Source of the DNA: a bacterium
GTDB lineage: Bacteria > UBA10199 > 2-02-FULL-44-16 > JAAZCA01
Assembly (NCBI GenBank): GCA_963674695.2
Contig: CAXXGI010000001.1
Location: 96,001 to 160,000 of the forward strand
Length of the DNA: 64,000 nt
Direction: 5' to 3'
A program made the position numbers and the translations under genes. Positions 1 to 10,875 of the stretch are shown in pieces (positions within the stretch are counted from its first letter, which is position 1; every line of letters begins with the position of its first letter). The notes under the pieces are model-generated. The model was not told where the DNA came from. It did not search any database and worked only from the letters and a program-made list of their open reading frames with translations.

Positions 1-601
1 CGAGCCGGTGCCATCGACCGTCTTCGAAACGGTGCTAACCGGACGGCGCATGGCACACGGCGTGCGCCGGGACGATCTCGAACGCGTCGAGGAGATCCTC
101 ACCCTCATGCGATTGGAGGATCTGGGTCTGCGCCGCACCACCCACTTGAGCGGCGGCGAGCTGCAGAAGGTGATGCTGGCGCGCGCCATCGCCCAGAAGC
201 CGAAGGTGCTGCTCCTGGACGAACCGGCCAGCCATCTCGACCCCTTCAACCAGATCGAGGTATTGAGCCTGCTGCGAGCCGTGACCGAGGCATTCGGCAT
301 CGCCTCGGTGCTGGTGACCCACGATCTCAACCACGCGCTGCGCTTTGCCGACGCCTTCGTCCTGCTGCGCGAGGGACAAGTGCTCGTCGCAGGCAGTCGC
401 GAGGCGATCACGGCCGAGACGATCCGCGCCACATTCGGCATCGACCCGCTCATCGGCGAGGTGGGGGGCCACCCCGTGGTCGTCCCCCACATCGGTGGCG
501 TGCGTCCCCACTTCCACCTGAACCGCCCCGGAGAGGGAGGAACTCGCCTCCACCGCCACGCCCACTCGGTGGACGACCACGTCTACGATCATGAGCATTG
601 A
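1..601 (+). CDS. ABC transporter ATP-binding subunit (iron-chelate/cobalamin type), 5'-truncated by the window edge, with His-rich C-terminal tail
   Basis: LSGGELQ signature, Walker B LLLDEP and VTHDLN H-loop present. Walker A lies upstream of the window. Tail is HRHAHSVDDHVYDHEH. Confidence 0.85.
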   Translation, partial: EPVPSTVFETVLTGRRMAHGVRRDDLERVEEILTLMRLEDLGLRRTTHLSGGELQKVMLARAIAQKPKVLLLDEPASHLDPFNQIEVLSLLRAVTEAFGIASVLVTHDLNHALRFADAFVLLREGQVLVAGSREAITAETIRATFGIDPLIGEVGGHPVVVPHIGGVRPHFHLNRPGEGGTRLHRHAHSVDDHVYDHEH

Positions 602-646
602 GAACCATTGCGTATTCCCGCATTTCATGGGAGTGTCCCGCCCCTT

Positions 647-2470
<1,824 letters not shown>

Positions 2471-2611
2471 GAGAACGGCCATCCCCAACAACCGATACGG
2501 ACACACCGAACCCGCTGCACGGACACGGTTTCCACATCGGCACATAGCGGTGCCACTCAAAAAATACACCTCTTTTCAATCTGTTAGCATATCCTTGCCC
2601 AACACCCCATC

Positions 2612-2627
2612 TGGCATGCCTCTTGCT
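2612..2627 (+). promoter_or_regulatory. Putative sigma-54 (-24/-12) promoter
   Basis: TGGCAT-GCCTC-TTGCT matches TGGCAC-N5-TTGCW, ~46 bp upstream of the ATG at 2674. Confidence 0.55.
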
Positions 2628-2673
2628 TTATGAAGAAGGCACGTATCGCTCGCCCCTTCGGAAAGGATGACCC

Positions 2674-3783
2674 ATGGAAGACCGTATCGCCGTTCGTGAT
2701 GTCTGCACCGCCTTCACCGCCATCGGAAACGATCTCGAGGGGATGGACGAAATCGGTCGGATCTGCGCCTTCCTCGATCCGCCGGAAGGAGCGTTCACCG
2801 CCGAGGACGCCTATCGGGATGCCCCCGGCGATGGGCAGATGAGCGTCCCCCAATACGAAGAGATTCGCGGGGAGAAAAGCATCAGCCAGCACCGCTTTCT
2901 GCGCGAGGACGGCACCCTTTTGTCGGGCACCTACAGCGACCCCAAGCGCGCCGGTCGCGTCAAGCCGGAGGCGGCACGGGCCTTCATCGCCGCGGCATTC
3001 GGGACCGAAGAACTCAGCCGCTACGACCCCATGGAGGTGGAGACGACACAGACGCTTTCGCGACTGATCGCAGGCTGTCGTACGGACCGCAGCGAATGCG
3101 CCGCATCCGAAGCGCTCCAGGAGGCGCGCACCGCATGGATCACCCGACAGGAGGTTCGGGCGCTCGATGCGACCTATCGCACATTTGCCGAGCGCCTCTC
3201 CGACCGCAGCGCTATCCTCGAACAGACCGAGCGCTGGCGCGACCGTGTCACCTGGACGCAGCCGGAACCGCTCATCGAGAAGAAACAGCGACTCGAATGG
3301 ATGGTGGAGATCGCGCGCGAAGAGTGGATGATCGAGCAGACCAGCATCCTGAACGAGCGAACCGATTGGTTCCTCCAAAGTTTCATCGCGACGGAGAAGA
3401 GACGCCGATTCACCTCCGGGTTCTGGTTCGATCGAACGCGCTTCAGCGACGCCCTCACCAAGGGCCTCGCGGCGATGCCCGAGGGGCAGACCACGCAGGA
3501 GCGCTACTGCGTTGCGCTCAACAGCAAGAAGATGGCGAAGAAACTGTACACCATGATCAACAGCTATCCGCAAAGCGAGCGCTACATCAAACCACGAGAA
3601 CACGAGGTGCGCGACTGGCGGGGAGCCCTCCACATCGTGCGCTATGCAGGACACTACTCCCCACACGGACACGACTATACCCCCGAATACCTTGAACGCA
3701 GCGCGATGGTCTTTACCAACAAGACCTGCACCCTCGAATTTCCCATGGGATATTACCGACCGCTCGATTGGCCCGAGCGATAA
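2674..3783 (+). CDS. Hypothetical protein (369 aa), no signal peptide
   Basis: Long ORF with genome-like codon usage and an AAAGGA RBS. No recognisable motif. Confidence 0.75.
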   Translation: MEDRIAVRDVCTAFTAIGNDLEGMDEIGRICAFLDPPEGAFTAEDAYRDAPGDGQMSVPQYEEIRGEKSISQHRFLREDGTLLSGTYSDPKRAGRVKPEAARAFIAAAFGTEELSRYDPMEVETTQTLSRLIAGCRTDRSECAASEALQEARTAWITRQEVRALDATYRTFAERLSDRSAILEQTERWRDRVTWTQPEPLIEKKQRLEWMVEIAREEWMIEQTSILNERTDWFLQSFIATEKRRRFTSGFWFDRTRFSDALTKGLAAMPEGQTTQERYCVALNSKKMAKKLYTMINSYPQSERYIKPREHEVRDWRGALHIVRYAGHYSPHGHDYTPEYLERSAMVFTNKTCTLEFPMGYYRPLDWPER

Positions 3784-3890
3784 ACCGCCGACTCATCTCA
3801 AGCACTCCCCCATGATCATTGCCGAATGGGGGTTCATGTCCTATATTCAACCACGTGCACCGCAACGGCTTGAACCACGTAGGGAATCAT

Positions 3891-5201
3891 ATGAAGACGC
3901 TTCTCTTTCTCCTGATCATCGTTTCAACACTCGGATGCGGTGATCATCGATCGATGGCGACCGATGCCGCATCATTCAAAGAACGTGCGGTGAGCCGGAC
4001 GGATGGCGATCTGCAGGTGACGATGGCCGCGCTCGGCCCGGCGGAGGCGAAGGCAGTCTTCGGCGTCGACCTGGCCGACCATCATATTCAGCCGGTCTGG
4101 ATTGAAATCGACAACAACAACTCGACCCCCCATTGGTACCTTCCGATCCGCACCGATCCGAATTACTTTTCTCCGGCAGAGGCCGCCTATATGACCCGGC
4201 AGTGGTTTTCTCCGGAAAGGAACAAAGCACGCGACGCCCGGTTTGCGCAGATGACCCTTCCGCATTTCATCGGGCCCCACAGTCGCCAATCTGGATTTGT
4301 CTATACGGGGATGGATCCGGGGCTGAAATATATCGACGTGACGCTGCTCGGACTCGACGGGCTCAAACATTTTCGCTCGGTGGCAAACGTTCCGGGCATC
4401 AAGGCCGATTATCAGGATGTGCCCTTCGGCACCCTCTATGCACCGGAGCAGATCATCGATGGCGATGAAACGCGCCTCCGAAAAGAACTCGAAGGGCTGC
4501 CCTGCTGCACACAGAGCAGCGATGGCAAACGAAATGGAGACCCGCTCAACCTCGTCCTCATCGGCGAAATGAACGACATCCTCACCGCCCTGGTCGGAGG
4601 CGGATGGGCGGTGACCGAGGAGCTCTCTCTGCATTCGGCCTGGCAAACGGTCACATCATTTCTCCTGCGGAGGGAATATCGCCACTGCCCGGTCAGCTCG
4701 CTCTACCTCTTCGGGCGTCGCCAGGACGCCGCCTTCCAGAAACCGCGCAGAAACGTAAACGAGCGAAATCATCTGCGTATCTGGATGACCCCCCTTCGCC
4801 TGCACGGCACCCCGGTCTGGATCGGCCAGATCAGCCGCGACATCGGTGTGAAGTTCACGCTCAAGAGCCCGTTCCTGACAACGCACGTGGTCGACCCCGA
4901 CGTCGACAACGATCGCTACTACCTCATTCAGACCGCTGTCATGGCGGAAGCCATCTCCCAATTCGGATACGTAAAAGGCGTCGGCGCCGCAACACTCGAC
5001 GATGGCCGCACAACACTGGGGGATGATCCCTACTTCACCGATGGCCTCCGTGCGGTCTTGCGCTGCTCGGAATCACCGGTGCCACTGTCCGCTATTCAAT
5101 TTTATGACTGGGAGTTTCCACCGGAGATAGAACCCTACCGCGATATGCTCGAGGGCGTGATCCCGACGACGGGATCAAAACCAAAGCCCCTCGCTCAATA
5201 A
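3891..5201 (+). CDS. LssY C-terminal domain-containing lipoprotein
   Basis: Lipobox-like signal MKTLLFLLIIVSTLGC. GDPLNLVLIG, PVSSLYLFGRRQDAAFQ, RNHLRIW and PYFTDG resemble LssY_C family motifs. Confidence 0.7.
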   Translation: MKTLLFLLIIVSTLGCGDHRSMATDAASFKERAVSRTDGDLQVTMAALGPAEAKAVFGVDLADHHIQPVWIEIDNNNSTPHWYLPIRTDPNYFSPAEAAYMTRQWFSPERNKARDARFAQMTLPHFIGPHSRQSGFVYTGMDPGLKYIDVTLLGLDGLKHFRSVANVPGIKADYQDVPFGTLYAPEQIIDGDETRLRKELEGLPCCTQSSDGKRNGDPLNLVLIGEMNDILTALVGGGWAVTEELSLHSAWQTVTSFLLRREYRHCPVSSLYLFGRRQDAAFQKPRRNVNERNHLRIWMTPLRLHGTPVWIGQISRDIGVKFTLKSPFLTTHVVDPDVDNDRYYLIQTAVMAEAISQFGYVKGVGAATLDDGRTTLGDDPYFTDGLRAVLRCSESPVPLSAIQFYDWEFPPEIEPYRDMLEGVIPTTGSKPKPLAQ

Positions 5202-5214
5202 TCTGAGCCTTCGC

Positions 5215-5257
5215 CTCATAACCGGGTGGTCCCAGGTTCGAGTCCTGGAGGGCCCAC
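5215..5257 (+). pseudogene. 3' half of a tRNA with CAT anticodon (Ile2/Met-type); left att site
   Basis: CTCATAA-CCGGG-TGGTC-CCAGG-TTCGAGT-CCTGG-AGGGCCCA. No D-arm or 5' acceptor strand upstream. Confidence 0.85.
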
Positions 5258-5264
5258 AAAGATT

Positions 5265-5305
5265 ACGGGGAGTTAGCGAACAGCTAGCTCTCCGTTTTCT
5301 TTTTT
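5265..5305 (+). terminator. Intrinsic terminator after the tRNA 3' fragment
   Basis: Stem ACGGGGAGTTAGC / GCTAGCTCTCCGT followed by a T-rich run. Confidence 0.7.
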
Positions 5306-5326
5306 GGGTCCAATTTAGGTCCAATT
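5305..5326. repeat. Putative integrase arm-type sites (left)
   Basis: Tandem TGGGTCCAATT-TAGGTCCAATT. The same motif recurs in tandem at 16350-16371. Confidence 0.7.
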
Positions 5327-5878
5327 TTATTTCCTCTTAATCTGCAAAAAATCATTTTTAGCATCTTCGTATCCTTGCTTATAGATGTCACATTCCTTCT
5401 TCTTCATTTTTGGTGGGCATCGAGGTGTAAGCATTTTCACCGCTGCCGCACCTTCTACGATATATTCGACAGGTCCCCGTGCCCAAGCTTGCCCGGGCAT
5501 CTTGCTCAATTCTTTCTTCGCCAATCGAACTTTGTCCCCAAGGTCTCCAACCTCGACATTTAACTCACTCAGCTTGTCAGTTACCTTCCCTACCTCTACA
5601 GACATTGAGGCTAATCGCTCTTCACTAGCTTCAATTTTTTCTCCAAGCATAGTGGCGGCAGCCGGTAGGGCTTTTGCCACGTCTTTTTGAGTTTCTCTTT
5701 CAAGCGTTGGCAAAATCCATACCAACAGGCCAATTGCCAACAATGCGACTACGACTTTATCGACAACTTCTTTATTATTTTTTTCTTTTTTGAACTTGAT
5801 TATGAGGAATACTGCTATGATTAACGTCGAGATACCCGCGATCCAGAACTGGATAGTTTTAAAACAAATAAGCTCCAT
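5327..5878 (-). CDS. Hypothetical membrane protein (2 TM segments plus coiled coil)
   Basis: ATG overlaps the integrase TGA. Two hydrophobic segments, then a heptad-like region. Low GC. Confidence 0.7.
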   Translation of the reverse strand: MELICFKTIQFWIAGISTLIIAVFLIIKFKKEKNNKEVVDKVVVALLAIGLLVWILPTLERETQKDVAKALPAAATMLGEKIEASEERLASMSVEVGKVTDKLSELNVEVGDLGDKVRLAKKELSKMPGQAWARGPVEYIVEGAAAVKMLTPRCPPKMKKKECDIYKQGYEDAKNDFLQIKRK

Positions 5879-6975
5879 CACATTGCCTCCTTTCTGAAGG
5901 CCGCCTGAATTAGATTTCCCTCTGCAGTAAAGCACACCGTATCTGCCTTATCCACGAGGAAGGTCTTGGAGAGATGGGCGTAGCGCATCGTGGTCTTGAT
6001 GTCGCTGTGACCCAGTATCTCCTTGAGGTGGAAGATGTCGCCGCCGTTCATCATGAAGTGGCTAGCGTATGTGTGGCGCAGATCGTGGAACCTGATCCTG
6101 CGGACCCCCGCCTCCCTTGAGTCCCGGTGGAAGTAGTGCGTGACGTTGCTGCGGTCCTTCGGGTTGCCCGTGATCGTCGAGAACACCAGCTCCCCATCCC
6201 GCCTCGCCTTCATATTCACGAGGTCGTCGTAGATCGCCGAGTTGATCGGCACGTGGCGTAGCTTGCGGCCCTTCGTGGTCTCCTTTATACGCCGCTGATA
6301 GCTGTCGTAGGTCCTGCGGACGGCTATGAGCCGGTTCCCGAGGTCCACGTCGCCCCATCCCAACCCCAAAACCTCCCCCAGCCGCATCCCGGTGTTCATG
6401 GCGAACTTGAACAGTAAGCCCAGATCGCTCTCCCTCCCCTCATATTTCCGGCTGACATACTCCAGGAACTGGCTTGCCTCGTGCCGCTCCCAATAGTCGA
6501 AGGGGGGCTGCTGGGTCTTGAGGAGGCCCACGACTCGTACGGGGTTATAGATCGCCCGCCGCCTCTTCATGGCGTAGTAGAAAATGGCCCTTAAAAGCTC
6601 CAACCGCCTGTTGACGCTGCTCGGAGAAGCCCCCTTGCCCAGGAGAGTGCCAATGATGGCTTCGACGTGTTCTGGGGCAATATCCCTGATCGGCAAGGCC
6701 CCCATCTGTGGCAACAGATCATCCTTGAGCATCTGCCTGTCGGTCCTGACGCTGCTCGGGGCCTTCCTGACCTCGGCATGGTTCTTAATCCACTCCTCGG
6801 CTGCCTGTGAGAACGTGTAGCCCAAGTCCAGCTCGCTGCCCGAAAGCTTTACCTCCCTGTGAAACTCCTTCGCATCTTCGCTTCTGTTGAAGTTCTTGGA
6901 GTAAAGCTTACCGTTCCTCCAAACCTTTACCCTATACACAAAACCCTTCTTGCGCTTAATCCTGGCTATCGACAT
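5878..6975 (-). CDS. Tyrosine recombinase (phage integrase)
   Basis: TGMRLGE (R), RFHDLRHTYAS (HxxR), LGHSDIKTTMRY (H, Y). N-terminal arm-binding-like domain. Confidence 0.96.
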   Translation of the reverse strand: MSIARIKRKKGFVYRVKVWRNGKLYSKNFNRSEDAKEFHREVKLSGSELDLGYTFSQAAEEWIKNHAEVRKAPSSVRTDRQMLKDDLLPQMGALPIRDIAPEHVEAIIGTLLGKGASPSSVNRRLELLRAIFYYAMKRRRAIYNPVRVVGLLKTQQPPFDYWERHEASQFLEYVSRKYEGRESDLGLLFKFAMNTGMRLGEVLGLGWGDVDLGNRLIAVRRTYDSYQRRIKETTKGRKLRHVPINSAIYDDLVNMKARRDGELVFSTITGNPKDRSNVTHYFHRDSREAGVRRIRFHDLRHTYASHFMMNGGDIFHLKEILGHSDIKTTMRYAHLSKTFLVDKADTVCFTAEGNLIQAAFRKEAM

Positions 6976-7205
6976 CGAACGCTCCTCTGTTTGAGCCAGA
7001 TTTCGATGTCGGAGGATTTGAAACGGATATGACGGCCCACCTTGACGAAGGGAATCGTGCGCTTGTGGCACCAGTCCCGGATCGTAGCGATAGGCACGTC
7101 CAGATATTCGGCCAGTCGATTTATTGACCATAGCTGATTGTCAATGAGCGGAGCGGATGACAACGGTTCTGTGGTTACCTCTTGGCTATCATCATGGCAA
7201 GCCAT
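6966..7205 (-). CDS. Excisionase-like HTH protein
   Basis: LAEYLDVPIATIRDW...IPFVKVGRHIRF is the typical Xis/HTH_17 pattern. Overlaps the integrase start. Confidence 0.85.
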   Translation of the reverse strand: MACHDDSQEVTTEPLSSAPLIDNQLWSINRLAEYLDVPIATIRDWCHKRTIPFVKVGRHIRFKSSDIEIWLKQRSVRCR

Positions 7206-7346
7206 CTCTCCTCCTCCTGTTATTTCGCCACCCTTTGGCCCCAGCCCCGGTGTTTTTTCACCGAGGCCGGGGTGTTGGTAGATTCTTCGGTTGATCCAAC
7301 GGCCAAAGGTCCTGCACTTGATTTCCCGCAAACCCTTTTTTTACCG

Positions 7347-7904
7347 TCATTTCCCATACCCTTTGTTGGTAGTAGCTAAATACTCTTCGCTGGTTACTGA
7401 TCCCTGATTGCTTTCTACTGAAAGCTGATCGCTTGTTACTGAACGCTGAACACTCCCTCCAACGACTACTTCCAGAAGCTCATCGACAATCGAATAGTGA
7501 AAGATTTCCGGCTTGGGTTTTCCTTTGAGAGGCCCACTTTCATATTTTGGAACCACCGTCCTCACTTGAGCTCGGAATACTTTATTCTTAAACACTCCTG
7601 GACTCATTCTTGTGATGGAGCGCGGTCTTGCGCCATTCGCAATCGACCAATTTTGGTAATATTTTGAGCGGGGAGGCCATCGATCATAGCTCTTGAACGC
7701 CTGGAATAGTGGCGTACCCATGTAAGGCCCGATAGAGACGACCTTGTAGCGCAAGAAAATACGTCCCTCGTTTGGAGCAAAAACACGGTCTTTTCTGTCG
7801 TAGCCCACATAATTAACTTCATAGACCTCCTCTGGTATCAGGGGATAGGCATCGCGCGCAGGGCGGCCGAGATCATCCATGATGTCATCTTCATCGAACT
7901 TCAT
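7347..7904 (-). CDS. Hypothetical phage protein, possibly a DUF669-like ssDNA-binding protein
   Basis: Acidic N-terminus then LIPEEVYEV and a beta-rich core. Family assignment is by resemblance only. Confidence 0.55.
   Translation of the reverse strand: MKFDEDDIMDDLGRPARDAYPLIPEEVYEVNYVGYDRKDRVFAPNEGRIFLRYKVVSIGPYMGTPLFQAFKSYDRWPPRSKYYQNWSIANGARPRSITRMSPGVFKNKVFRAQVRTVVPKYESGPLKGKPKPEIFHYSIVDELLEVVVGGSVQRSVTSDQLSVESNQGSVTSEEYLATTNKGYGK
7388..7450. repeat. Degenerate heptamer array (9 units, consensus NNCTGAW)
   Basis: cgctggt tactgat ccctgat tgctttc tactgaa agctgat cgcttgt tactgaa cgctgaa. Confidence 0.55.
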
Positions 7905-8134
7905 TCGAGCACGCCCTCTTCATATCCAGAGGAGTTCTCTGGTTCAAATATCGTGCAAACCGGCACGCCCAGGCGCTCGGCAATTTTTGCTGCAAGTTGA
8001 TCGTCCGGCTCGGCATGACCGTTCTCGAAAAAGCTGATCCTGTCGCGGGAGATGCCCAGATCGCGCGCGAGGCGAACGGCGGGGATTTGTGCCAAAGCAA
8101 GGGCAACTCGAAATTTATGGCGAATGAGCTTCAT
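7901..8134 (-). CDS. XRE/Cro-like HTH protein
   Basis: LARDLGISRDRISFFENG...IAERLGV. Confidence 0.85.
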   Translation of the reverse strand: MKLIRHKFRVALALAQIPAVRLARDLGISRDRISFFENGHAEPDDQLAAKIAERLGVPVCTIFEPENSSGYEEGVLE

Positions 8135-8251
8135 CGGATATCCTCCTCAACGATTCGTTGTGAGAAGGATATTGATCGAAGTGGAGATAGACCTCACGCC
8201 AAACAATGAATTATTATTTGGTCAGACGATACTTATGTTTTGATGGGTTAA

Positions 8252-8839
8252 TTAAGAGAAGATAAAGTGTTTGTATTTCTTAACGAAGCGACGCAATTTT
8301 GCCTTTTCGTCGAAAAGTAGCTCATATTCAGGGGAATCGGGCAGGCGTTTCCTGGCCTCTCGTGCGGCATCGATGAGCTGCTCAACGGTTATACCCTCAT
8401 TCGCTCGTGCGTATTCCTGAAATGTTAGCAGCAGAGGCCAATACCGTTTCAGCTTCGGCAGACGCGCAATTTTCGCGATTGCGCGCCCGATGTCCTTGAG
8501 AAACTTATGATCCTCGACCTCCTTCTTTCTTGCCTTGTTCTTATGTTTTGGGAACTCGATCAGTTGCCTTTCAGCTGCCATTATTTCTCCAATGGCATAA
8601 TCCTCAAGCAGAAAGGACTTATCCCATTCGACCAACTGAATTATCGCGCTTCGGTCACCGCGTTTGGCTCTGTCAATCGTCTCATTTTGATTCTCGCCAT
8701 AATTAGCGGAATAATATTCCAATGTGGATTTACGAAGCAGCTCACGCGCCGCCTTCTGTCTAGAAAAACGATCCATGCGTATTATCGGTTTCGCACTCGA
8801 TCGTTTTCGTTTCTTTTGTTTCGACTTGGCCATTTTCAT
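8252..8839 (-). CDS. Hypothetical basic protein
   Basis: 195-aa Lys/Arg-rich ORF, co-oriented with the other element genes. Confidence 0.65.
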   Translation of the reverse strand: MKMAKSKQKKRKRSSAKPIIRMDRFSRQKAARELLRKSTLEYYSANYGENQNETIDRAKRGDRSAIIQLVEWDKSFLLEDYAIGEIMAAERQLIEFPKHKNKARKKEVEDHKFLKDIGRAIAKIARLPKLKRYWPLLLTFQEYARANEGITVEQLIDAAREARKRLPDSPEYELLFDEKAKLRRFVKKYKHFIFS

Positions 8840-8900
8840 GTTCGCCTGTGAGGTTGATTGGGCATATTAAAACAAAGGGGGGAGCCCCCCTGGGGGTGCC

Positions 8901-9146
8901 TTATGCAACCCCGCTCCTCTTCCGTCCTCGCCCGCTGTTATTCTTATGTTTCAGGATGTCGCCTGGTCCGCACTTGAAGAAACAGCAAAGTTTGTCGAGC
9001 GTCGAGGCACAGATGTCATAATCATCCGGCCCCCTTGCGTGGGCGAGCTTGGATATCGTAGCATAGGCCAGGCCGATCTCCCCGGCGAGGGTTCGATAAC
9101 TCTTGTCAGATTTCTTTATGAGGTCACCAACGCGATATTCGATCAT
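8901..9146 (-). CDS. Cro/C1-type (HTH_26-like) transcriptional regulator
   Basis: LAGEIGLAYATISKL...TLDKLCCFFKCGPGDIL. GGAGG RBS. Confidence 0.85.
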   Translation of the reverse strand: MIEYRVGDLIKKSDKSYRTLAGEIGLAYATISKLAHARGPDDYDICASTLDKLCCFFKCGPGDILKHKNNSGRGRKRSGVA

Positions 9147-9156
9147 TCTCCCTCCA

Positions 9157-9216
9157 TGATATGCTAAACTATATCAATCTACTTGACCCTGGCAGGTGAT
9201 ATGCTATGCTATATCG
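9157..9216. promoter_or_regulatory. Two quasi-palindromic operator boxes in the divergent HTH/recombinase intergenic region
   Basis: TGATATGCTAAACTATATCA (9157-9176) and TGATATGCTATGCTATATCG (9197-9216). Confidence 0.65.
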
Positions 9217-9237
9217 CAGGGCATTGGAGGTCAAGGC

Positions 9238-9816
9238 ATGAAACACACAAGGATCGCCATATATGCCAGGGTTTCGACTGACGACCAGCGCGCCGATCTG
9301 CAACTCGATGCCTTGCGGCAATACGCGGAAGAACGAGGGCTAACGGTCCATCGAGAATACGTTGACCGGATTTCAGGGGCCAAGACCACCCGCCCAGCCC
9401 TCGATGAAATGCTGGACGATGCCCGCCGGGGCCGGTTTAACGCTGTGGCGGTCTGGAAGATCGACCGGCTGGGGCGATCCGTAGCCCACCTACTGACCGT
9501 ACTGACCGAGCTTCAATCCCTGGATATTGCCTTCGTATCGCTCCAGGAGGCCATCGACACGGCCACACCGGCCGGTCGCATGGTTTTTACGTTCCTGGGG
9601 GCCGTGGCGGAGTTTGAGAGGGCAATTATAGCGGAGAGGGTCCGGGCTGGGATGAAGGCCGCCAAGAAGCGCGGCAAGCATTGCGGAAGGCCGCGGGTAA
9701 AGGTGGACGCCAAGCTGGTCTGTGATCTCCGCACACAGGGCAAGAGCATGGCCGACATTGCCGCTATCGTCGGCGTATCGGAACCCACCGTATCCCGCCT
9801 CTTGCGGCACTCGTAG
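9238..9816 (+). CDS. Small serine recombinase (resolvase/invertase)
   Basis: IYARVST (catalytic Ser), RPAL, KIDRLGRS, AEFERAII, GRPR and a C-terminal HTH. Confidence 0.95.
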   Translation: MKHTRIAIYARVSTDDQRADLQLDALRQYAEERGLTVHREYVDRISGAKTTRPALDEMLDDARRGRFNAVAVWKIDRLGRSVAHLLTVLTELQSLDIAFVSLQEAIDTATPAGRMVFTFLGAVAEFERAIIAERVRAGMKAAKKRGKHCGRPRVKVDAKLVCDLRTQGKSMADIAAIVGVSEPTVSRLLRHS

Positions 9817-9818
9817 TC

Positions 9819-9917
9819 CTTTCAAAAGGGTCTAAATATGGGCAGGGCTAACGTCCCGAAATAGCAAGGGGCAAAGACGGGCAATTCGGTCTTTCAAAAG
9901 GTAATGGTTTTGAAAGA
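9819..9917. other. Putative res-like recombination site
   Basis: CTTTCAAAAGG at 9819 and 9891. Inverted pair TCTTTCAAAA-N8-TTTTGAAAGA at 9890-9917. Confidence 0.5.
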
Positions 9918-9919
9918 AT

Positions 9920-10309
9920 CTATTTTGTAATCAAAACTGGTATAGGCGTTTGAGGTGAAATGCTTGTTATTCCTTTCTCACCGTCCTTTGCCCATCTTAC
10001 CGCGATCCCCTTTGCAAGACGAACATAGGTGGCAGCAGATATTTCGAAGTTGAGGATCGCGTCGCCACCAGCTTTCGCAGTAATCTTTTGGAGTTTTTTA
10101 CGGGCGCTATTAATTCCAGATGTTTCCGCCGATACGGCTCCGAGTATGATGTATGGGTGAGGTGCCATATCCGACGAGTATATTTCAACGTGAGCGTATG
10201 AACTTTGTAATTTTCCTGCCCCTCCTGGTTTTGGTTTTTGGTATGCAGTCGCCGCACATGGCATGAATATAAACGCAATGGCAAATATAACGATTTTTTT
10301 CATATACAC
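9920..10309 (-). CDS. Small secreted protein, YbjQ-like fold suspected
   Basis: Signal peptide. PYIILGAVSA...AKAGGDAIL...AKGIAVR pattern. Confidence 0.6.
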   Translation of the reverse strand: MYMKKIVIFAIAFIFMPCAATAYQKPKPGGAGKLQSSYAHVEIYSSDMAPHPYIILGAVSAETSGINSARKKLQKITAKAGGDAILNFEISAATYVRLAKGIAVRWAKDGEKGITSISPQTPIPVLITK

Positions 10310-10314
10310 TCCCG

Positions 10315-10875
10315 CTACTTTTTATTTCCAGATGGCTGATCATCGCGATTAACTTGCTTCTTTTTCAATTCAGAGTAGCAATTGTCTGCCGACTCGGCAA
10401 AACCCTTTCCAACATCTGGCATCGCCATTTCAAATGGCCCCGACAGCTTTGGCTCTTGTGGCCTCGTGAGGGCAAGAACTCGCAAATACATCGAATAACT
10501 CTGCGCTTGACGCGCGGGCCACTTCATCGGCAGACAATCGCTATTATACTGATCAAAGAGATCGTATATCTCTATGGCATCACCTGCCTTATCGCCCAAC
10601 ACCTCAACGTCGTTCCTGTCGATGTTCACGTCATAAGGGCATCTGCTTGTTCCTTGAAGAATCGAGCTACACAAATTGAACTCAATGCGGGTCAACTGCT
10701 TCATGTGCTTATGAACTATTTGAGTCCTGTTTATGTCCTCATTGGAACAGCTCCTAATCGCTGGGATGCCAAATACGACTATGAGAATGATGCCTAAAAT
10801 GGCGATAATCAATCCGATAACAATATGATGTCGTTTGATCCATTCCATTTGATGCCTCATTATAATTCTGTTCAC
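10315..10875 (-). CDS. Hypothetical membrane-anchored protein
   Basis: N-terminal TM helix and several Cys residues. Overlaps the hsdM stop. Confidence 0.6.
   Translation of the reverse strand: MNRIIMRHQMEWIKRHHIVIGLIIAILGIILIVVFGIPAIRSCSNEDINRTQIVHKHMKQLTRIEFNLCSSILQGTSRCPYDVNIDRNDVEVLGDKAGDAIEIYDLFDQYNSDCLPMKWPARQAQSYSMYLRVLALTRPQEPKLSGPFEMAMPDVGKGFAESADNCYSELKKKQVNRDDQPSGNKK

Noticed and set aside
5180-5260. Functional tRNA-Ile2/Met gene
   Set aside because: The 5' acceptor strand, D-arm and 5' anticodon stem are absent.
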